NCBI GenBank assembly: GCA_000320545.1
Contig: ADNK01002821.1
Coordinates: 7,976 to 71,975 of the forward strand
Reading direction: 5' to 3'
Origin: Bigelowiella natans CCMP2755
Lineage: Eukaryota > Protista > Cercozoa
DNA length: 64,000 nucleotides
Both the position numbers and the translations under genes were made by a program. The notes under the pieces were generated by a model, which ran no database searches, was not told the DNA's origin, and worked only from the letters and a program-made list of their open reading frames with translations. Each line of letters begins with the position of its first letter. Positions within the stretch are counted from its first letter, which is position 1. Of the stretch, positions 56,547-64,000 are shown piece after piece.

Positions 56547-57770
56547 ATGGGTGCTGGGTTATCAAAGGCAAGATCCTTCTGTGGCTGCCGCCCCGGAAAA
56601 ATGGGAGTCCGGCGTGGAGCGCAAACTTCTGCACAGCGGCGCCCAGTTTTGAGGGGCGTCGTATTCGATCTGGACGGGACACTGACTATACCTAATCTCG
56701 ATTTCAAGGAAATGTACTCACGCTGCGGCGTAGACCCATCAGAGGATATTCTTGAAGCTATCAAAAAAATGACCCCTGAGAAAGCAAAAGCAGCGAATGC
56801 AGTAATTGATGAGATGGAAGCTGAAGGGCGCCGCACGCTCCAGCTTGAGTCAGGGGCAATCGAACTTGCCCGTTGGTTGCAGTTCCACGGAATTCGCACT
56901 GCCTTGGTCACGCGCAATACAAAGCTCACTGTCGACCATTTCCACACAAAGCTTTGGGAGCCTTTAGGACTTCCCCAGTTCAATCCGGCCTATAGTCGGG
57001 ATGATGAGGTGCCTGCGAAACCCGAGCCAGGTGCATTAGAGGCTATTGCCAAGAAGTGGAATGTACCGCTGGGACCTGGGATTCTAATGGTAGGTGACAG
57101 TCCCACGAACGACGTAGTATTCGGCAAGTCAGTTGGGGCGACGACAGCTTTGGTAGATTCTGGAAGGCGCTACGTTGAGGGCAAAAGCGACGAAGGTGCC
57201 GATATTGTCGTCGAGGGCCTCCATCTCCTGCCGCACATCCTGTGGAAAAAGTTTGAGATTACCGGCCCCAATGCAGGACCTCTGGTAAAGTATCAACCCC
57301 CTGAAGCTCCTAAAACAAAATCCACAATAGCAGCGGCTAATGGCGACGCAAAGACTCTCAAAACAATATCAAGAGAGGCTTTGAATGCAGCAGAAGAGGG
57401 TCAGAACTCTGCATTGATTTGGGCGGTAGAGAAAGGGCATGCTGATTGCGTAAAAGTCTTGATTGAAGCTGGGGTTGATTTGAATAAACGAGGATATATA
57501 GGGGCTACGGCAGTTAATCGAGCTAGTCGTGGTGGCCATCTTCATGTGTTGGAGATGCTTCTGGACGCCGGTGCCGATCCGAATATTCCAAATATCAAGC
57601 AGCAGTATCCACTCCACTTTGCTGCCTTTAAGCTTCATGGAAAGGCTGTGGATGTTCTACTTCGTCACGGTGCAAGTACTATTGTTTTGGATAGAAAAGG
57701 TCGCACCCCTGCTGAAGATACAAGTGATCCAGAGATTCGAAAGGCAATATTGGATGCGAGAAGAAAGTAA
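56547..57770 (+). CDS. Intronless HAD-superfamily hydrolase fused to C-terminal ankyrin repeats
   Basis: Motif I VVFDLDGTL, motif II LVTRN, motif III/IV KPEP..MVGDSPTNDV. ANK repeats GQNSALIWAVEKGH, GATAVNRASRGGH, QYPLHFAAFKLH. Arg-rich N-terminal extension. Confidence 0.9.
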   Translation: MGAGLSKARSFCGCRPGKMGVRRGAQTSAQRRPVLRGVVFDLDGTLTIPNLDFKEMYSRCGVDPSEDILEAIKKMTPEKAKAANAVIDEMEAEGRRTLQLESGAIELARWLQFHGIRTALVTRNTKLTVDHFHTKLWEPLGLPQFNPAYSRDDEVPAKPEPGALEAIAKKWNVPLGPGILMVGDSPTNDVVFGKSVGATTALVDSGRRYVEGKSDEGADIVVEGLHLLPHILWKKFEITGPNAGPLVKYQPPEAPKTKSTIAAANGDAKTLKTISREALNAAEEGQNSALIWAVEKGHADCVKVLIEAGVDLNKRGYIGATAVNRASRGGHLHVLEMLLDAGADPNIPNIKQQYPLHFAAFKLHGKAVDVLLRHGASTIVLDRKGRTPAEDTSDPEIRKAILDARRK

Positions 57771-58419
57771 TTGCAGGCATTAATGTGCATAGCACGCCGC
57801 GATATAACATTGTCTGCCACTCATCATCGCATTCATTTACGCCGGTTATTTACAGCTACAATATTGTAATTGCTATTATACCTAACACTTGGCGTGCTCG
57901 TGCATTTTTTTAGAACGCGCGCATTGCACCGATTGCACCATGGCACCTGGTGATTTGTACACGCCCTTTGGTGCTGAAGATATCCGACACATGCTGCGCT
58001 CTTATTGTACACTTATGCGTTGTAATAGATACATAGTTACGGCTACAATACTCGCTAATGTGAAACAAGTTTCCTACAGGATTATCAGGCGCAACCGCAT
58101 AGCATGCAGTCGACAGTGTGCGTGAATATGGTTTTTGATGTTGTAGCGTACGTGTCGTAGCATTGCCTTGTGTGTCCCCAATATCGATCATCCCAGCATC
58201 AGCCACAAGTCAACCCGCACACATAGAGCATATACAAGTATTGCGTGACTGCTTTGTCTGGTTCTCGGCCCTGCAAGCCTATTTGCAAGCTTTCACAGAT
58301 TTTCTCGCAAGCTGTGCTTCATTATGCATGTGGCGATGGCAAAAGTCATAATTGCTGAACCAGCAATTTGCAAGAATTAAACGAAAGGTCTTCTTAACAA
58401 AGGATAAATGATACATTTG

Positions 58420-59350
58420 TCACCAAAATCTTGTCCCAGGGCCACCCTTGAATGGGCCAACTATGTCAGGAGTAATCCAGCCCCCATAAAAATCTCCCTC
58501 TTGTGGCTTTGCTTTCACTCCATCAACCCAAGCGTCAACTCCGCGTTGCAGGTAGAAAGCAAATTTTTCTTTGATGCACTGTCCAGAATAAATGGATCAA
58601 GTTGTCACAAATTTATATATAATTTCAAAAAACATAGCGTAAACTTGCGACCGATTGGTCATCCTCAGGTTTGGGATAGGTCCATGCAACCATCTTCGCA
58701 AGCTTGTTTTTCACCTTGACATCATAGTAAACCGCCTATAAAGTAGCAACGTTGATCCTCAGAAAGACATATCCAATATTCTGCATCCTTTGTTTCTATA
58801 ATTTGGTATGTACGAATTGAACAGAACGTACCTGGCCCTTGAATTCGCAAGTTGTTTTCAATGCCTGACTAGGTTTGAGGAAATCCATTTTGATATCCTC
58901 CTTCGGGATGTACCATGTTGGAGGATGGCTCTCTTCCATCATCCTGTCAGAACTTTTCTTAAGTACCCCAAGATCACTGGTGCATATTATTGTAATAATA
59001 TGAAAATACATATATTTCTCACCTCCACGCTCGCTCTGTTTCGGCGATGATTGTTTCCCCAATTTTTACAGTCACCTAATTTTTTGTTTGCAAAATTAAA
59101 GCTGCAGCGGAGCAACTAAAATTGTTTGCTATGTTATAACTATAAAACGAATGAGCCACGAAAAGTGCCTACTTTTCTGCCCTTTGCCTCCTTGCATACT
59201 GGCGGTCGGGGATAGCTCCAGACGGACTCCTGGCCTTTCCCAGGTGTTTCTTGTTCTTTCTGTGGGAAGAATATACTCAAATTTAATTTCGGATGCATAA
59301 AGACTTTTCATACCTTCGTCGGGCGGGGCAAATAGCCTCCTGATGCTACA
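58420..59350 (-). CDS. DUF427 (NTP_transf_9) family protein of bacterial type
   Basis: PGKGQESVWSYPRPP..|RMMEESHPPTWYIPKEDI..TTCEFKGQ|AVYYDV..AWTYPKP..|FAFY..WVDGVKAKPQEGDFYGGWITPDIVGPFKGGPGTRFW*. 5' exons extend further but are unresolved. Confidence 0.88.
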
Positions 59351-60434
59351 TGTTTCGGAAATTGCGTGAAAATGGACATAAATGGATTCCTCCGCACAAG
59401 ATCGGTTTACTGCGAAGCACTACAGCGTTTTGGGACGTGCACTTAACAATGGCAAACCAACGGCAGATCAGGTACAAAGGACCAAAATTATGATGAATGC
59501 GTGATAATAGACACGCACGCTACGATTTCCGCACAGATCGCAATCAGCAGGATGCCGTAGCTGCAGAAGGAAGGGTGAGGAGAGGGGGCACGTCGAAGCT
59601 TCGGTAGAGCACCGAAGACGCGATATTTTTGGGACTTTTTTTCAGGAAAATGGTGGTGCGGGCTTTAGGTACCAATTTCTCTTCTCGGGGGGTATAAAAT
59701 ATCATAAACGCATGCGGTTTTACATTCCTATTTTTATTAATCCTGTGAATACTGTGGACATTTAGAAAACTAGGTGCGTATTAGATGATTCCACGTAAAT
59801 ATTCAAACTATCATTCCTGATCATTCCATTGGGAATAAAGCCGTGCGTATTTTGGTACTAATTGCGGATCATTCTGTGTCTCTGTTCATGGATTTGGTTA
59901 TTCATTTTCGTCAGATTGTCTTTAGCTACATAGACAAAATTGAATAGAAAGTATTATTATATTTTAGTTATATTTTTATAAACGACAAGTAGTAGGACCA
60001 TATTTAGCCTTTATGTACGACTTTATTTGTTCAAATCGTTAAATTGAAAGTCTTAATTATCCCTTGTGTTTTGAGTCGCTACCATCCCAGCACATCTCCA
60101 TTTCATGCAAATGGCTTGAACAAATTACGGGATTAATGCGGGGAATGATTTTTTGCAGTCTAATCTTGTAGTTTTGTCAAGGCCGCGATTTTACGAAAAT
60201 GGATTAATAAGATTCAAAGTTGATTCTTTAAGGAAAACTTACCGCCCATTTCATAGCATTAGTTTTCTGAATATATTTTTATGCATGAGAATACAGGGTA
60301 TTTTTCTATTTTATATATGTTGGAGATATTTTATCTTTCTGAATCAAAATTGCATTGAGTTATAACTTACTCGACTTGCAAGCTCCCCCAATTGAACCCT
60401 TGCGAGCGGGCGCTAGCCAATAATACACACCATA

Positions 60435-61591
60435 ATGCTATCTCTAGCAGCCCTTGTTTTATTCCTTGGTAGTGGAGGATTTGAAACAGTTTCTGCTCTG
60501 TCAAACCATAGGGCAGATGAAAAACAAATCACCCTTGAACACATGGATTTCAACTTCACACACGAAGTGGCTGGTGCAGAGACCCGCACGTTGCCAATAA
60601 AGAAAGCTGCACAACTTATTGAGCAAAACGAGGTAGAGTTTTAGTGTAAAGAAAAGCTTACATAATCGATCAAATTACAAGCAGGGAAATGAAAGAATAA
60701 GCATTTTTTTTGGAACTTGTATCAATCAACTGAAGCACGATGCAAAGCGACATTGTTACCAACATCAATTCAATAAAATTTCGTAAATTCAGTCGGCTGT
60801 AACGTTTGAAAATTATTCTACTTCAGGCTACATCAGCGCATCCGGCCAACAAGAAAGGTTCCTACGAAGATGGAGAGGATACCCCAGCCTACGCTTTCGC
60901 TGTCCAGAGTTTTGGGGTTGCTATCTTCTTCACAGGACTCGTCCTCCACTTCTACGATCAATGGAGCCCTGCAGTCATTTGCTTCGCTGTATCATTTTTC
61001 TTGGATATCCTTGTAACGCATACAGCTGCATGGACAGGCCACAACGCGGACTTCGCGTACGAATGCTATAGAACATTTTCACTCCTCGCATTCAGGACTG
61101 TGCTCATTTTCTTGGTAATCTTGAAAGTTGACAAACTCACATCCATCTTCTTGGGAGTATGGAACTTCTTGGACATTTCCGCTACTGTCTTGATGTTCAT
61201 GGCATGCGATTATATCAACAAAGTATCCTACGAAAGCGGACACTCGCAAGCACTCGCTCCTCTGAAGTGGGCTTACAACAATCCTGAAGCAAGATTTGCG
61301 CTGGAGTATGGAACAATGTTCTTCCTCCTTTGCACATATGAATTAACGTGGACAGCTGGTGCTGCTGGTGGAAATAAATCAGGCGCATTCGATTACTCGA
61401 ACATTGGAAGAGGTGGCGGGGGAGAAGGTGGAGGAAGTATCTACTCGAAGCTGCAGGGAGTCCTATTGACGGTAGCTATTATCAGCTCCATTCTTTTCAT
61501 ATGGGACGGATTGAACAGTGCGCTGTTGCTCGTCCAGGGAATCGGTTTTTTCACAGGTTCATGGAAGGACCAAGTGTGCAATAAACTATAA
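60435..61591 (+). CDS. Hypothetical multi-pass membrane protein with signal peptide (2 exons)
   Basis: MLSLAALVLFLGSGGFETVSA.. exon 60435-~60632 spliced to ~60827-61591, with several hydrophobic helices. Confidence 0.7.
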
Positions 61592-62662
61592 ACGTTTGAA
61601 TCTCAACATTCGGTCCTGAGTTGAGTGTCCCTGAAATGAACGACAAAAATAACGAACGTCCAGGACGTTTGAGTCCTTCGTCATTAGATATGAAAATTTG
61701 TACCAATAAACCTTATTGATTGTTGCTACTCATGATTAAATTGTAACAGGCAACATACAATACTTAACTTGCATTTCGGAGAAATAGTTTAGTACTTCAC
61801 CTGACTAGCTAACAGAGGCGAGCGCGTATATATGTATGCAGCAGTCGATCGCCGTCATAATAATAATTAATAATGCGGACGCGCACATGTATCATATGAT
61901 TATGACGCACATGCCCTTACTTGTCATACGATACATGTGCATGTCACATGCTAGCATGGCGTTTTACGGCGCTAGCTAGCTAGCGAGCGATGTCGATTCC
62001 ATCGACGAAAGAATGCTGATATCACGATGCTTTTAAATACATGAAACAGCTGCTGTAGCGAGCACACAATACCTATCAATCCAATAACAGAGACAAACAA
62101 ATTCAACAACTATAGACACAGTATATATAATATATAATATATATAATATATATCATATATACGTATGTCTATTGTAACATAAGAGCTCTGTCGTAGTAGC
62201 TCTGCAGCCGCGCTGCTTTATTGCACAACTACATCATTAGGGTAACAATGCAACATTGTAGCTTCAATTGCGTTCATTCCTTCCGTCTTACACACGTGTG
62301 ACTCACATGTAGCGCAACGCGCCACACGCATGTGCATGCGCACACGCTCATCTAAGGCATTGCCATCCGTGAGAACGTACGCAGACAAATCGCGCAAACT
62401 TTCACGCCATCTCTAGATCTGCGCAGGCTGCTACGCACGTATACATGCATGCGACTACGACACGATGTGATGTACATTACCTAGATTACACAGAGCAGAC
62501 AACGCATAGATCATTTAATAATAAATGTGTCCACACGGCCTGTACGTATAATTCGCACATGCATCAACAATGACAAACGGTGCTGACTTGCAGTGGCCAC
62601 AAGACTATCTAACCCTTAGTCTACGCATCTGCCTTTCATCAGACTCAAGGCCTTGCAAGTAA

Positions 62663-63156
62663 TCATGACACCTTTGATTTGCTATCCTCCTCCTCATCCC
62701 TGGTGACAGATGCCGCCCCCCCACTGATCGAGGCCTGCGCTAAGCGCTGCTCAATGCTCTTGTCAATCTCCGCTTTGTTCTCCCCTGCTAGCTCGGAGGG
62801 GAAAGCAAGTACTTCAGAATCATCACCTGCTGTGACCTTGTGCGCGTCCACAAGTCCACTTGGAGCGGCGTTGCCCCCACCCGCCCCCATTGTTATCATC
62901 GATAGAATCTGCTGATTAGTTAGGCCATCGATCTTGCGTTTTCCATCCGCTGTCGCGCTCATCTTCTCTCGGACCGTCCTTTTCGAAGAAGCAAATAGAA
63001 AATGAGAGCAGGGCCCGTGCTAGTTGCGAACGAGAAGGCAGCTCTCTAGGTCAGTGGACAATGATAATACACCATTTAAACCGTGGTGGCTGCTTTGTTA
63101 ACATGCACCGCCGTTCATTAATGTTCTCCAAGATGCCGTCGAAAAGGGATAATCGA

Positions 63157-63188
<32 letters not shown>

Positions 63189-63481
63189 AATATGCATATG
63201 AAACGATCTAATTCATCTTCCCCCTCCCATATTCTATAACCTGTTTTGTCTCAGAACCCCCCCCCCCCCGGGTATTACCTAACAAGCTCTGCTTTCTCCC
63301 TATCGCCAAGGTCTTGTGCGTATTTATGCTCCATATCAGTCCAGTAGTACTTCTCCCTAAAGCAGTGTTGGATGGCAACTATTACGACAACCATGCTTCT
63401 ACTTCCAAGTGGTTTTGAGTGTGAGGAGGAGAGAAATGGCAGCAGCTTCTAAATTATATTAGTGTTTCCTATAACACAATA

Positions 63482-63540
<59 letters not shown>

Positions 63541-64000
63541 CGTAGAATATCGCATGAGATGCAACTACTACTACTCCTCCTCCTACTACCACCACGACTA
63601 CCATTTCTGATTTTGCGCAAACTTGATTCTGTGGCGGAAAAGGGAACCCGGTCTGGGTGTCTTATCATACCTTGCTGGTGGGGATCAGCTGAAGAACAGC
63701 AGCACTTTGATCCATGGAATAGTCCCCCCCCGCCCTCCCCCCCGTGTTTTCCACATCCGCTCTCGGGCCCGACAGGCTTTGGATCCCAAGCTAATCGCCC
63801 TCTTCTCCTTCTCGGGAGGTCCAATAATAAATGTCTCGTATTGATAAAAGAAGGTTTATTATACCGACTTTCTTCACGTTTGAGGGGGGGGGGGGGCGGA
63901 AAAAAAAAACAAATTGTAAATTTAATGACCTTGATTTTCCCTTGGCGGTAGGTACATGGGCGCTAATCGATCGATCAGGGGGAAAATCCCCTTTTCCCTG
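62663..64000 (-). CDS. 3' part of a hypothetical multi-exon protein
   Basis: ORF 62663-62962 plus exon-like pieces (EKYYWTDMEHKYAQDLGDREKAELVR at ~63280-63356) between SSR-rich introns. Confidence 0.5.

Overview
Intron-rich, gene-dense eukaryotic nuclear DNA. It is most likely from a chlorarachniophyte alga (inference: the plastid-type ribosomal protein L21 carries a signal peptide followed by an R/S/T-rich transit-like peptide). By hand-splicing GT-AG introns I can reconstruct about 22 genes or gene-like units: TPR+C2H2 protein, ankyrin-array/class 3 lipase/SAM protein, plastid RPL21, intronless ankyrin protein, Na/Pi cotransporter, MIOX, GDA1/CD39 apyrase, Tim9, AGTRAP-like protein, MCM6, fatty acid desaturase, TLC protein, DUF866, HAD-ankyrin, DUF427 and several hypotheticals. 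Three things stand out. (1) A ~239-bp exon+intron tandem array in which each 99-nt symmetrical exon encodes one ankyrin repeat. The exons differ only by non-synonymous changes, mostly at binding-surface positions, while the introns are more conserved. The array appears to splice into a lipase-3/coiled-coil/SAM body, making it a candidate diversifying immune-like receptor-enzyme. (2) The genes alternate strand (+,-,+,-) across the whole window. (3) Every convergent (tail-to-tail) gap holds a purine-pyrimidine-alternating, palindrome-rich block, and the 12-mer CATGCTAGCATG occurs five times in such gaps. No rRNA, tRNA, CRISPR array or intact mobile element was recognised. Exon boundaries are manual predictions.
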